Assembly (NCBI GenBank): GCA_030704615.1 | Contig: CM060731.1 | Location: forward strand, 36,952,001 to 37,016,000 | DNA length: 64,000 nt | Direction: 5' to 3' | Source of the DNA: Takakia lepidozioides | Taxonomy: Eukaryota; Plantae; Bryophyta | In this document: piece by piece, positions 23,701 to 37,367 of the stretch | How positions within the stretch are numbered: position 1 is the stretch's first letter | Layout of the letters: each line of letters begins with the position of its first letter | Program-made: the position numbers and the translations under genes | The notes under the pieces: model-generated | Told to the model about the DNA's origin: nothing | What the model saw: only the letters and a program-made list of their open reading frames with translations | The model's database searches: none

Positions 23701-25371
23701 CAGGGACATGTGGAGCTTCCCCAAACCGGACAAACTCTCTGACCCCACATTCGACATGTGGATGAACCGCATGACATGGTGGTTTCAGGTACTTCCCCAC
23801 GCTTCGTTTGGGGCTTCTACTCTAGTAGGAGGTGGATTCATTGTATTTTTTCAGGAAAGCGATCTGATGGAGAATCTCCACAGGTGACGACGAATGCGCA
23901 AGAGCAGCTGGACACACAAGCACATCAGTTCAAGATGGAGATATCTCCTGCAGCAGAGAGCCTACGTGACTATGTGACGAGGTACTTTCTGCTCTACAAA
24001 ACCAACCTATTCTTTCGGGAGATAGCAGATGCTCGCCGGAGCCACGAGTTCACCGACGAGCCGAACGCGGACAAAGCAGCAATGCGCCTTCTGTACAGGT
24101 ACATACGCGCTGCCTTTCTTTCAAGTCCTTGCATTTCAGGATGTTAGAGGCCTCATGTGGTGTTAGGGAAAATGGCGCCGAATTTCCAGTCAGGGCTCCG
24201 AAAATGGCTAAGTCCCTAGACTGGCTGGTCCTGAACTGGAAATTCGGCGCCATTTTCCAGTTCTAGGCCCTATTGCCGTTCAGGGACTTGGCCATTTTCG
24301 GGCTAAGTCCCTAGACTGGCTGGCCCGGAAGTGGAAATTCGGCGCCATTTTCCAGTTCCAGGCCCTATTGCCGTTCAGGGACTTAGCCATTTTCGGGCTA
24401 AGTCCCTAGGGTGGCTGGCCCGGAAGTGGAAATTCGGCGCCATTTTCCAGTTCTAGGCCCTATTGCCGTTCAGGGACTTAGCCATTTTCGGGCTAAGTCC
24501 CTAGACTGGCTGGCCCCGAACTGGAAATTTGGCGCCATTTTCCAGTTCTAGGCCCTATTGCCGTTCAGGGACGTAGCCATTTTCGGGCTAAGTCCCTAGG
24601 GTGGCTGGCCCTGAACTGGAAATTCGGCGTCATTTTCCAGTTTTAGGCTTTATTGCCGTTCAGGGACGTAGCCATTTTCGGGCTAAGTCCCTAGGGTGGC
24701 TGGCCCTGAACTGGAAATTCGGCGCCATTTTTCCAGTTCTAGGCCCTATTGCAGTTCTGGGACTTAGCCATCTTCGGGCCAAACCGGGAAAAATGGCGCC
24801 GAATTTCCATTTCAGGGCTCCCAAGATGGCTAAGTCCCTAGGGTGGCAGTCACCGAAAACCAAAATTCGGCGCCATTTTTACATTTCTAGGCCCACTCAC
24901 ATCCGCCCCAACCTGGGAAAATGGTGCCAAATATGCATTTCAGGGACCTCATTGTGTTTTTCATGAATGCAGGTACTGCAAGTTCTCCCTTTTGGAGAAA
25001 GGTCATCTGTATTTCGAGCCACCATTCTTCCTGGCATGGAGGAACCCTGGGGCTGACTCCATGTACACTGACGATATTGTGAAGAAGTGGCATCTGGAAC
25101 ATTTGCGTGATTGCCCTTAGTATGTGGACCTTCCGCCCGGCTCGCTCGACCCATCCGAGTTTCAATTGAAGCTGGATGCTGAATTCCGACAAAACCGGAC
25201 TCCGCTGCCTCCGTTGGGTGCAAAAGAGGCAAAAGCGCTTGCGAACTCCAGGAAAGTGGCAGAGCTTGCTCAGGTAGGAATTCACGAGAAATTGAATGAG
25301 AAGAGTAAAGGCCAAAGGAAAAGGACAAGGAAACAGGTGAGTGCAGTAACACCCAAAAAGAAGAAAACCAT
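20721..25371 (-). mobile_element. MULE-like subfamily A, copy 2: right end plus MTase-like exons on the minus strand (20721-22874), then an in-place inverted segment on the plus strand (22875-25371)
   Basis: 20721-22874 is the reverse complement of copy 1 from 15191 back to about 10764, without the solo LTR. 22875-25371 matches copy 1 at 8553-10762 and has more 95-bp repeats. Confidence 0.9.
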
Positions 25372-27222
25372 GAGTCCTGCTTCGTGGAGGCGTGGGACGC
25401 AACATCGTTGCGCCCCGAGGTTGAGTGCGGATGTTCATATCTGATCTCCATGAATCCCCATCCCCTCCGGGCATGTCCTCAATTCTTCTCTTCACCGGCC
25501 GGCTGCGGACATCGCCCTCCAGGCAGTTCCCCCGACTGTGTAACGGCGTTGACCTTATTGTTTCCCGCAATGCAGCAGTCCATTTTTTGGGATCGGTCGA
25601 ACGATGCGCCGCCCTCATCAGCATCTCCTGCCTGTCTGGTCCGATACCCCATTGCTTTCCTCCCAGAAACTGGTAGTAATGAGATTGTTGCATGATGGCC
25701 CTCACAATATCTTCTGTTGTTGCTGTCAACATGTCAACGAGATGTGCTGCAGAGGAAGCACGCCAGGAAGAGTGCACCGATTCGGCCATGTTCGTCGTCG
25801 GCATATCCGTGTCATCCTCCAAGCTCATGTCCTGTTGAAGGAAATTAGATATGTCACTGATTGTGGAGAATGTCCAAGCACAAAACAGAACAATTGTCAA
25901 GTACAGAAATGTGTTACCTGTCTCATGTAGTCTCCAAACTGGCGGAATCTATAATGCCACCACGCAAGCCACGTTTGCAGTTCTGGCTGATCTTTCACAT
26001 CCACTGCCCCTGAAGACACCCACCAGGCGCGTATGGTTGCAAACTCGGTCTCCGCCTCGTCGATGGAATTCGCATTTTTCCACGCTAGGCACATACTGAT
26101 ATGATCCTGCCGGTGGCGTGACGCCACGAACCTTTTCGTGTTTTGCGTCAAACTCTGCATGAAGTGGAACCCGCAAGATCTCTCCTTTCTTTCCATTGGA
26201 GTCTTTGGCTCGTCCCCATATACCCTCCTAACTGCAGCCCAGTTTGCCTGGGCATTGTCAGCCATGAAGCCCCTAAAATCGGGAGGGGGCAACTTGGCTC
26301 TCGCCATTTGCTCATTAATTCCGCGCCACATATGCAACTCCGAATCTGTGTCTTCTCCCTTCATTTCGCAGATAGCAACGGTCATCAACTTTCTGCAATG
26401 TGGGTCGTATACATGTGCCCCCATTGTCACCCAATCGTGGTTGGTAATTCGCCGGATGTGGTCGAACATGACCCAACAATTTGAAAGGTCTCCACTGGTC
26501 ATCCGCTTCACCAAATCGACGCCGCTCCCCGGTCCGCACGTTGACATCTTAAATATGAAGCACCTGTCCGTCTCCGAGCCTTGACCAGGAAAGAAGCTGC
26601 CTTGGATGAAGTCGTAGCCGCATGTGCGCTTCACTTCCAAGATGGAGTGCATGTCTGATCCTCTTCCGATTCGTTTCTTGCAGCTGACAATGTGGTTCCT
26701 GACATTGGGGCTGCACACATGGGAGACAGCTTCCAGCAGGTCCTTCATGTCCCCCTCGCCCAGCTTCTCTCTTGTGCTTCCGTCCTCCGACATTATTCTG
26801 CCAATTGCAATCCTATGTGCCGATGCGAGCTGTATCTGCTTTGGTTTTGCACCCGGCCTCAACCTCACCTCCTCCTTGATAATATCCTGGGCTTGTTGAA
26901 AAGCGACTCTGCAATTGCCTCTGGCGAGGGGGTGCTCATGCTTTCCGATGTGAATGCATGCTCTGGTGCACGCTGGGCCGACGGTCCCGACGTAGTACTG
27001 CTTGGCGTTGCACACTGCCATGCACATAGGGGCTGCGTTTGGATGGGTGATCAGTGCACGTAAAGATGAAGGTGTGTAACATACGTTAAAAAAACGGACG
27101 AGAACAGCAAGTTCACATCGGATATTTGGTGCCTGAATTGTAATGTACAACCACTTGGGGTACAATAAATCAGGCCTTCCCATGAATTTCGGCACCGAAA
27201 TCTGGATGAACATCTCTGTCAT
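25372..27222 (-). CDS. Mutator/MULE-type DDE transposase (spliced, 3'-truncated, 5' structure uncertain)
   Basis: WRKY/GCM-like zinc finger (CNAKQYY...HIGKHEHP), D in WVMFDH, D in FMADNAQA, CxxH in CGFH. A phase-0 GT-AG intron at 25832-25917 joins DYMRQ to DMSL...TTNMAESVHSSW (catalytic E). Confidence 0.85.
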
Positions 27223-28870
27223 GTAACAGCTTTGGAAGCCAGGGGATGAATTCTGGCAACAAAAATCGTAATTTGTTTACCTCATTAAACTGACCAAGCA
27301 CCCAACGGATGGATTTTGGTGCCGAAATTCGGATGAACTTCTTCTTCATTAAATTGTATCTGCACATATAGGTTGAATTTAGATGCCAAAATACGGATGA
27401 ATGTGTTCCTGATTACAGTCGTGATTCACCACGTGTCCGGATATCGGTGCCGACTTCCGAATGACAGTAATCCTGAATCGGCAGAATGGATGTATTTCGG
27501 CGCCGAAATTCATTCTTCATCTCCTTTTCCGACCCTAATTCTGCTGCCCTGCGGATGGATTTCGGTGCCAGAATTCATCGGAAGTCCTTTCTGTTTTTAT
27601 TTTTCTTTGCGACAGATGAACTTTGGCGCCGAATCTCATCCAAGTACTCCCTTTTAATTTTCCTTTTTCTTCGCGAGCAATGAATTTCGGCGTCGAAATT
27701 CAACCGAAATCCTCCCGATTTTTTTTTTTCTTCGCGAGCATTGAATTTCGGCGCCGAAATTCATTCCAAGTCCTCCCGAAATTTTTTATTTTCCTTCGCG
27801 AGCAATGAATTTCGGCGCCGAAATTCATCCGAAGTCCTCCCGAAATTTTTTTTTCTTCGCGAGCAATGAATTTCGGCGCCGAAATTCAGCCGACTTCATC
27901 CCTCCAAATTCTTTTTAGGGTTTGAGCGCCGGATTTCGGCGCCGAAATTCATCCAATGCCCTCCCTCCAATATTTATTTTTCTTTGAAATGGATCAATTT
28001 CGGCGCCGAAATTCATCCTTACTGTCCGCAATGAGTAACTCTAATATTACATTTTCTATGCGACGGATGAATTTCGGCGCCGAAATTCGTCCAAACCCGG
28101 CACTTATTTTTTGCTTTTGGATGATAATTTTCCGTAAATCGTTGGAAATACCCCGTTCCGACGAATATAACAGGAATATTCTGCATTTAATGGAGAAATC
28201 GGCATATTAAACCACTTCTGTCAAAATTAATTGCATTTTAGCCGTTTTTTTTCATTTGAAACCGACAGTATCTATTAAGTGGTCTTTTTCGCACGGGACG
28301 TTGCCGCACATAAAGTATAATTTCGGCGCCGAAATTATAGTTAAATGTCCACAAATGGCAAGTCCAACAGGCATGGACAGCATCCGTCAGGGGCAATGAT
28401 GGCGGCAAAGCGTAGCATGGTGCCAATTTAGTCTTCGCTCTGGATGAATTTCGGCGCCGAAATAATGATGATTTCACCTCGTCTACGCGCGGACGGAGAT
28501 ATTCGTAATGAATTTCGGCGCCGAAATATGGATGAAATGTGCCCAAGTGCAACCGTTTTCACTGTCCCGGAATTAATTCCGGCTCCGATATCCCACTGAC
28601 AGGTTTGCTCATGACGGATGAGGACTTCGGAAGTGATGAATTGCGGCGCCGAAATTCGTAAGTTTGCGTATGAAAGCACTTGAATAGGATGAATTTCGGC
28701 GCCGAAATTCATCCGTCCGCTGTTGAAACGTACCGATCTGACTGTTGAATGTCATAGGCAGGGGATTTTCTTGGCGGTTGGGTTTCATGATGTGCGGATA
28801 TTTCATTCAATGCCGGCTGCTCCGGGAACAGCATCCGGTGTACGGAAGGTATTTCGGTGCCGCAATTCGG
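27180..28870. repeat. Array of the palindrome GAATTTCGGCGCCGAAATTC between the divergent genes
   Basis: More than a dozen copies, spaced about 60 bp apart at 27620-28090; perfect 28-bp palindrome at 28687-28714. Confidence 0.92.
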
Positions 28871-29376
28871 ATAAACCGTCTTGTACTGGTGGCTGGAACT
28901 GGCACGCGTCGTGTTCCAGTCGACTTCATCCGTGCGAACATGTCAAGGGTCACAATCTCTTCATCACCCATACGGCAAAAAGTGTTGGACGGTGGCAACG
29001 CTTCGGGAGACGTGGCTGCTTACACGTCTGCTCGTGCATAGTGGTTGCATGTTCCACCGCTTCGCTCTCTCGCTCCTTGCCCTTCTGCAGTGACGTTCTC
29101 CTGTGTTTCCTCTCCTTATGCGGCATAGTGGTAGCATAGAGTTTGTGGAAGGTCAGGCGACTCCGGCAAAGAGGAGGACGCGGGATTTTGGGAAGCCGCC
29201 GACGACACGACTTAAGCTCCGTCTCATGCATGAAATGCAGACCTCGTTATCCGGAGACTCGGATCGCCCACCAGTGAGAGATTCGTGCTTCGCGGATGTG
29301 AAGCACTCCATACGCAATATTCCTTTTACACCTTTTTTTTGGCGTGCAGTGTCTCATGTTTTCCTGTTTGTTTGAC

Positions 29377-32300
29377 ATGGGAGCTGGGGAGGGATCGCAG
29401 GGGGGCGAGGCAACACAGTCAACTTTGGATATTCCTGCCTGGGTGCTGCGCTCACAAGGTAGAAGTGCATCGAGGCAGACGAGTCCTCATTCAACACCTC
29501 AGATATCGCCTCCGAAAAGCCCACCTAGAGTTCGGAAGCCGAGAAAGCAGAAGGAGCCCATGGCTTCGCCAGTAAAACCCCTAGGGAGACTGGAAGCGGA
29601 GATATTGGGTTTGCAGTCAATTTCAGAAAACACAGATGCGGTGGAGGCCGCTGGAGATGTGGGAGTCGGATCTGTAGAAGGGCGGCCCATTCAACTGACA
29701 GAAGGAGAGGACGATAACGTGGTACGACTTGGCGACGATCATAACCTGCTGGAGCTTGCGGAGGAGCAAAACCTCCAGGACAGTACACAGGCTGGTGAGA
29801 GGGGTGAGGGAAGTGACAGAGGTAATACAAGTAAGAAACTAGTGGCGGGTATGCTCATGAGCGCACGAGACATGAACATAGCAGCAAACAGGTTGCTGGC
29901 AGAGACTCATAGCAACATAGGCCGCGTTTTGGGCTCCATGGTGTATCCGGAGAACCTCAAAGTTCCTTTGTGTCGCATGGTAAGCCTTCCAGTTGTAAGG
30001 CAAGCACTGCCAGGGGATATCGATCGACTGAAGCACAACTTCAGAGAAGGGTACAGACGGGGGTCGGCAGCATTCTACGTTTCCATTGAGAATGACCAGG
30101 GTGTCACAAGGGGCCCCACTGCAGAGGAGCTTCAGAATTGGGGCCCCCACTGGCACACTGTTAATGCCGAGTTTGAAGCCTATCTGAAGACTAATCCCAC
30201 ATTCGCACACATGGAAGGGAATATGTTCTTCGTTTGGGACGGGAACCACAGGATGCTTGCCTGGACAGAGTACATTGCTGAAATGCATCCGCAAGATATC
30301 AGTTGGCATTACATGGTGGACTGCATTGTCGTGAAGGTGGACGTCAGGGACAGAGGACTGTTGAAGGGTGCCATGGCGGATATAAATCTGTAAGTATATA
30401 ATTACATCCTTGTGTACTGCCTATTGCGGCGCCGAAATAGGCAATGTTCACCACTGTCATGCACTCTATGAACTGGAAATTGGATTGCTGTGCCGAAATC
30501 ATATTTTCATGTTGTTTTTTTCTCCATGGCAGGGTAACAGAGAGGGCCTTCGTGGAAACTCATCTGGCACATACGCTCTACAGAGTGCAAGAAGTGGGGA
30601 CAGCTCCGCTGACGGACTTCCAAATGTCCCTCGATCCCGAGCTGTACAGGAAGTCCCTAGCGAAAGCATATCGCACCTGGTACCGACCAACACTGGACGC
30701 CATGGTGGAGATCCTCTATTCGGTGAGGTTCATCTCAAATTTCAGTATCAATTTAATGTTATTTGTTGCAGGGATCCGTGGCCTGACTGTATCCGCTGGG
30801 TATGGGAATGCAGACGAACATCAGGGATGACTTGGCCTATGCCAAAAGGCAGTTCTTTGAGAATGATGCCCCCAACAAGGCGGACGCGTCGATAGAGAGT
30901 CATATTGTGCAGGCAGGGAAGCAATCCCGGACCAAGTACAGGTCCAAACTTGTTAAGCAAGTTGCAATCGCTGACCCTGGTCTTGGTGCCGAGTTCCTGG
31001 CGGAGATAGGACTGCATTACTCCAGACCCATGAAACCGGAAATGTCCATGGAGAAACTTCATCACATCGCAGTGTCCTGTGTTGAGCCGGCGGAGAAGGT
31101 AAGCATGTGTTTATTCTTGTTTTGTGACTTCTCGCGATTCTTATGTTGGAGTTCTTGTCTGACCGATGTGAGGTGGCTGCAGACGAGGTGGCTGCGAATC
31201 TGGAATGGCCATACAAACACGAAGCTGCTGTACCACTTTCCCATCGAGCCAACAGACGACAAAATGAACGACTGGCTCAATGTCATGACTTGGTGGCATC
31301 AGGTATAATTTTCTCCTATTCTGTGTTGGACATCGTCTCAATTTCAAAATCATGAATGTTTTGGAAACCTGCCATGATGCAGGTACTGACCCACGCCCAG
31401 GAGCAATTGGACTGCAACACCACCACTTTCAAGTTACAGATCAACTGGACGAAGCCTGAGACAATGGAGAACTACGTGTAGTCGTGGCGAGGGCGCTTCG
31501 CAAACCTCTTTTTCAGAGAAATTGCAAAGGCAAGACGCAGCGTATACATCGAAGAGCAGGAGGGTGCCGACAAAGCGGCAATGCGTGTCCTGTTCAGGTA
31601 ATCTGCTGACAATGCATCCCCCTATTTGCAGTTTAGATGATTTGGTTAAGCAGCGATGGATATTGCGGCGCCGAAATATACCTCTACAAGATGTGAGATC
31701 TGGGTAATTGGGGCACGGTCCACTCCGTATTTCGGTGCCAAAATACCATGTGCATTGACAACTTCCACTTGCATGATGCATCGGTAGAATGATTTTTGTT
31801 GAACTGCCTCGTGATTGCAGGTACATAAACTTTGCACTCATTCCGTCCGGAGCCATTCAAAGGGTTCCACCATTCTTCCTGGCGTGGAGGACACCTGGAG
31901 GTCGTGGAACGATGTACACAGAAGTAATGGCGAAGGAGTGGCATGCCGAGCATTTGGTAGACTGCCCCTGGTATGTGGATCTCCCAAGTGGGACCGTTGA
32001 CCTCTCGGAGGTTAACTTGAAGAAGGAAGCGAATGCCAGGGCTATGAAGGCACAATCGGATCCCCAACCAGAGGACGCGGAAAGACTGAAAGCAGAGGAG
32101 GCAGCCAAGCAGAAAGCACTGAGAAAGTCAGCCAAGGCGGCAGCATTGGCGAAGGAGCAGATGGAGAAGCAGGCAGCTGAGCAGCCCAAGGACAGGAAGA
32201 AAAGAACGCGCAAACAGGGCAAGAGACGAAGACCCCCACACCCAAGAAGAAGAAGCAGCAACACAGTCAGCCAGATGAGGAGGATTCCGACGACGATTTC

Positions 32301-34289
32301 CAGCAGGAAAACACCCAGGGGGCCACACCTCGTCCGAAAATTCACAAGGGCCAGCGCTCCGGGGGGTCGGCTGCGAAGAGATCACTATACGAGGATGCAC
32401 TTGGCAGACCCTACCGTGCGGTGCACATTGCGGGCAGGGAAGTCCTCAAAACACCCACAATTGTGGAGTGTGTTAATGAAAATTTCATAACTGCTCTGAC
32501 CAGAAGGCAAGAGATAACGAGATTGAGGAAGGCGATCGAGGCCCACCAGGGGAAGGGGAAGAGGAAGGCCACTGGCAATGATATGGAGGACACTCCTGGC
32601 TACACAAAGATGATGGAGTATTTTGTGGCGATGAGCCACGGCAAAAAGAGCACAGTCGGGGGCAGGGCGGTGTGAAAGCCTCCATCGACATGATCCTTGT
32701 GGATATCCCGGATGGGCAGGAGATACTGGGGCTGGGCTCAGTTCCCTGGTGGAACAAGTACGACAAAAGATACTGGAGCCACACATTCGGGTTCGCAGCC
32801 AACATGTTGGACGACGTTGGCTGTGTTGTTGTGCTAGCAGTCGATGGAGAAGTCACTGAGAATGATATCAAAGTATGGACGGGGAGAAGTGCAGCACCCA
32901 TCCTGAAAAAGATCTGGACTTGCATCAACACGCAGGGTCTTCTCAACGATGGCCAGAAGGTATGTTGTGTGGTTCTCCTCTGCTATGTCAATTTCTGCGC
33001 CGAAATTGCCCCTGTACGTGTAGGCCACCTCTGACGTTTTCATTTCCTTCTCTGCAGACTCTTATCTTTCAGGCATTTTGCTTCGTGAAGGAACATTTGA
33101 AATTCAAATTACGTGAAGCAGGAAGACTTGTTGATTCCACAGTTGATCCACTGGAGTATAACGTCCTTTCAACCATGTGGGAGAGAAGGACATTCTTTGT
33201 GATTTGTCGGGCAAGCCATGGATGTATGGCAGGACCAGGAGTCCTGCATTCATCCAGACGCTCATGGAAACGTGTACGGATGTTGAAGGCAGGGTCCTTG
33301 ACGTCACTGCAAATACAAGTGAGAACGTTAATTGAATGCGGCACCGAAATTGACACCATTTCCGTTTCTGTATGTTTGCTTGTGCGAGGAAGCGACTCAT
33401 TCTTGAGTTTGGCTGTGGTTGTGTCGTATGAATTCGCAGGTGCCTGTATGTGGGCGGGAAGGATGTCGAACCGATTTGTGTTCTCATTTGAGAGGGATAC
33501 GGCCTTGTACGATTACAATTTGGCGGGCCTTCAGTGTCTGCCTCCGACTGAGGATCCCAAAAACGCAGAAGAGGACGTGGAAGGAGAGGAGGAAGATGAA
33601 GAGGAGGAAGTCCGGGAAATTCGTTCGATGCAGGGGCGCCCGAAGCCACTTCCCCCAATGCCTGTCTTTGAGTGAGTTGCACCATAGTAAGTGTATTGGT
33701 TTCGGTTGTAGGGACCATGCAACCTGCCGATGATTCCCTGTTTGAATTCTCTAATGTACTTCATTCTATGTTTGTGCGTACACTCAGCCTTGCAGAGTCG
33801 TCCGACGAGGAGAAGCTGGGAGACTTGCTCGAATCGGACCCTGTTGCAGAGGAGGAGACAGAATCGCATCGGCCATTCTTTGCCAGAAAATCGTTTCTCG
33901 CGAGTCCCCAGAAGCCCTTTTTTCTACCAACCTATGCAGACACGGCTGCCAAAGAAGCCATCAGGAGGAGAGGATAGGCCTACTCGGTTAGAGCAATTGA
34001 CATACGGGAATGAGCAGAGAATTATAATGAGGCGTGAGGCCAAACATAGAATTGTGAAAGGCAGAGTAGGAAGTTCGTAATAGAATCCGCGTCCGAGAGC
34101 GAGGGGAATGTTGAGGACACTTCCGCACCCAGGTGGACAGTTCCGGCTGGTGAGGATGGTATTTTTGAGGGGAGGGCTTCTCAGAGTAACAGCGGTAGCG
34201 GCAGTGCAGGTTCGGAGGCAGGTGGAAGGCAGCCATCCTTGCATGAGGGCGGGGATGCATCGGACAATGATAGCGGATCCTCACCATAG
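29377..34289 (+). pseudogene. Cargo gene B: ParB/Srx-like + beta-class amino-methyltransferase-like fusion (several frameshifts)
   Basis: Inferred exons 29377-30389, 30533-30722, 30814-31098, 31183-31302, 31383-31597, 31821-32959, 33058-33318, 33440-33671, and last exon(s) to about 34289. Motifs MFFVWDGNHR, DMILVDIPD, RSPAFIQTL..GRVLDVTANT, RFVFSFERD. Confidence 0.8.
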
Positions 34290-34983
34290 CAAAGTCTCAT
34301 TTGGATCCTTTTGTTGTACAGTTCTGAAACACTTAATGAAAATATTGACGATTTGAAAAATCATTGTGTTCAGACTGCTTGTCCATTCCCTACATTTCTT
34401 CCGCCAACCAAAATCTATAATATAAAGCAGAAGAGACGCAAACTTCAGTGAAGAACCCTACAAGTAATTTATGCACACCATCGAGCCGGGAACTTGAAGC
34501 CATGAAAACCCTGCCGTTTCTAACATTCATATTGGGAAATTTGGCGCCGAAATAGCCCAGTTCGCGCCTTCGTTATATGGGCCTCAAAAATTCCACGGAT
34601 GAATTACTGCACCAAAATATTGCGATGGAAGCCTTCAGCACAAGGCACTTCACCACATTCCACTTGGGTATTTCGGCGCCGAAATTGCCCGTTCTGCGCC
34701 TTTAAATACCGCACTATATCACATTTTAAGAGGTAATTTCGGTGCCGAAATACCCCGGTGGATGTCTTCAAAACACCATTTTAGCACACTGCTCTTGGGA
34801 ATAACGGCGCCGAAATTCCTCATTCCGCATCCTGGACCAGGAGAAACAGACCCTATTACCGAGGTAAGAGGACATAACACCGTCAATAAAGGCAGGAAAA
34901 TTCCAATTCCGCGGATGCCCGCTCATGAGCTCATAGGCTCATAGGCTCATGGGCTCATGCGCTCATGAAATAGTAAACCTCCC

Positions 34984-37367
34984 TCATCCACTGTATTATG
35001 GGGTAACATATCCACTTTCTTTTGCAACTCTGGTCTTAGTCCACTCACAAACCAAGTCTTCTGTAAACCTGGTGCTGGTACTGCAACCAGCTTTTTCATC
35101 ATCAATTCCATCTTTTCCATATACTCCTCAACAGTTTCATGCTTCTTTTGCTTTAACTATTGTAAACTTCCATACACTTCATCCTCAGTTTTACTTGTCC
35201 TAAACCTATTTCGGAATGTTGTATTCAAGCCATTCCAGGTTAGGAAATGATTATCAGGGAATCTTGCATACCATTCACTTGCTTTCTTGATAAGTGAACA
35301 AGGAAACAATCTCATCTTGGCATCATCGCCATTCTCATTGTTCACTATACACATGTGCTCAAATTGGCTAATGTGTACATCGGGATCCTTTTTCCTGAAA
35401 TATATTGGAAAAGGTGGTTTTGCCCGTGTTGGTGTGTAACGCCATCTGTGGCCCTACCTTCTGCCCACTGACAGGTACTTGCACCTTTGCTGGTGCCGGT
35501 CCTTCAGGACCTGGTTGTTGTGATGGATCTTCCACAAGTGGTGGCCCTTGAGCACTCTCTGCTACTGGCCCCACGATATTCACAGTATTCCAGCTCCAGT
35601 TGCACTACTTCCCACACTCCCTGTTCCCCCCAGAGCCAGATCCAGGCAGCCCGCCTGATCCCCCTGAGCCGACACCTTCGTTGGCCTGTGATCCAAGTGC
35701 TCCACTTGATCCAGGTCCAACGGGTTGGGATGCCTGGTTGTAGTCTCAACCTCAGCTGTTGGGTCTACTTTTTTCATACTCTTCATCTTCCAATTTCTTC
35801 TCTCTATTTTCATCCTCCAAGTTCTGCCCTTGGGTTTCTTCTTCACTCATGTAACTCAACTGCAATGGTGTTGGAGAGTCTGAACTCTCCGTTGGCTCTG
35901 CCACATCCTCTCCTCCTTCTTCACCTTCCGCTTCAGAAACTGGAGTTCCTGCTTTTGGTGTTCCATGCCAACTCTTATCAAAGATTTCTGTCAAATCTTT
36001 TATCCAGGGATGTACCTCAGATCTTTCACCTCGTGATTGATCTTCCTCCTGTACCAATTCCCTTAATCTTTCTTGCAAAGAAAAGGAAGGAGTGGCATCC
36101 AACTCTAGTTCTTCGGTATGGGTGATGTACTCTCTGATCTTAATGGTGTGAGAGGTCCAGATGATTCTCCTATGTCTATTCCTCTCTCCCAAAGATATGG
36201 ATAATTAGCTTTCAGATAGCTTTCTCTTTTGCTGAATATCTCTGGCGTCTAGCTTCTCTTCATCATCATGTCCCATGTCTTTCATTTCTTTTAATGTGGC
36301 AATAACCACAACTCTTCTTGTAATATCTCTCGTATATGCCTGGGTTTCTTTCAAGCTTCAATGCACCCTTGGCTATACTAGAAGTCTCCGTTACCATATA
36401 ACCATATGGCAAAACAAGTCTGGAAAGCTGTTCTTGGTGTGAGTTTGATCCACAAAATATCCTTTGGAATCCAATTCTTTACCAGTACAAGCTCTTCATG
36501 CATATGAGTATAAACATTCACCTTTCTTTCCTCCCAGCCTTCAAACTCTACTTGCTTAATGGATAGCAATGCTATCACATAAACCAATGTTGGTAACCAA
36601 CGTGTCTTCCTCTACAGGCCACCTGATAAATCTTTATCACTCCTTTCTCCAGACCCCACTTAGGGTCAGCATCATGCACTCTCTTAAGAATGTTTTCTTT
36701 ACAACCGTCTGGCAATTCCAAGAACCTCTGAAAGAATCGTTTGGACAATCTTTCCTTCTCAGTTTCACAAGGAATTTGATTCACATCAAATTCTTTAATT
36801 CTCCAACCACCATGATCCCACAGATGCCTGTCACATCTGGTTGTTCATGACCCAGTTCCCCAGTATGGTCGCCAAATGTCGCGCGGGCTTTTACTCACCC
36901 ATCCCTTCGCTATCCGAGGCGGAAACTCCAAGATAGAAGAGTTGGAAATCTCTAAGCACTCAGCCCGCTCAGAACAATTAGTCATGACCTACAGCTAGTG
37001 TATCATGGGGGTGTTTCCTATTGTTTTCCTTCCCGCATTCATGTTAGCTAGTTACCTTACTGTTGGTAATTAAGTATCAGTTTGCTTCAGCAATCTATCG
37101 GATTCCATCAACTCATCCATTCATTCCACAGCTTCACTCAGATCTCTCTACACAGTGTGAGTATGAAGTATGTATCAGATTAATATCTATCAAGTATCAG
37201 GGCTGAAGCCATGGAGTCTCTAATCTGCTCTACATTACAACTCTACTGCCTGCATTCATCAAGCATCAACAGATCGTCCTCCTCCTACTCCATGCCTCCC
37301 TCTTTCTGCTCAGAGATGCCTCTTTGCCTCATTTCCCCCTAGTGATGTCTGAAGTCCCCCCAAGAAG
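34984..37367 (-). mobile_element. Gypsy family 2 5' part: LTR (36877 to the gap), PBS 36857-36874, leader ORF, degraded gag cut by the MULE-B end
   Basis: Reverse-complement homology to about 48900-51290. Confidence 0.92.

Larger units (their letters stand above)
25372..34983 (+). mobile_element. MULE-like element, subfamily B, copy 1 (transposase on minus, palindrome array, cargo gene on plus, right end at about 34981-34983)
   Basis: The TTTCGGCGCCGAAA motif is distributed from the transposase 5' region to the end. The terminus GCTCATGAAATAGTAAACCTC(CC) resembles the subfamily A end and abuts an interrupted gag. Confidence 0.8.

Noticed and set aside
24887-25900. 337-aa ORF as a stand-alone gene
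   Set aside because: Only 25831-25372 is a transposase exon; the rest is intron or the antisense of cargo gene A beyond a rearrangement junction.
27480-28100. Palindromic repeats at ~60-bp spacing resembling a CRISPR array
   Set aside because: The intervening sequences resemble each other (tandem units, not unique spacers), there are no cas genes, and the context is eukaryotic with spliceosomal introns.
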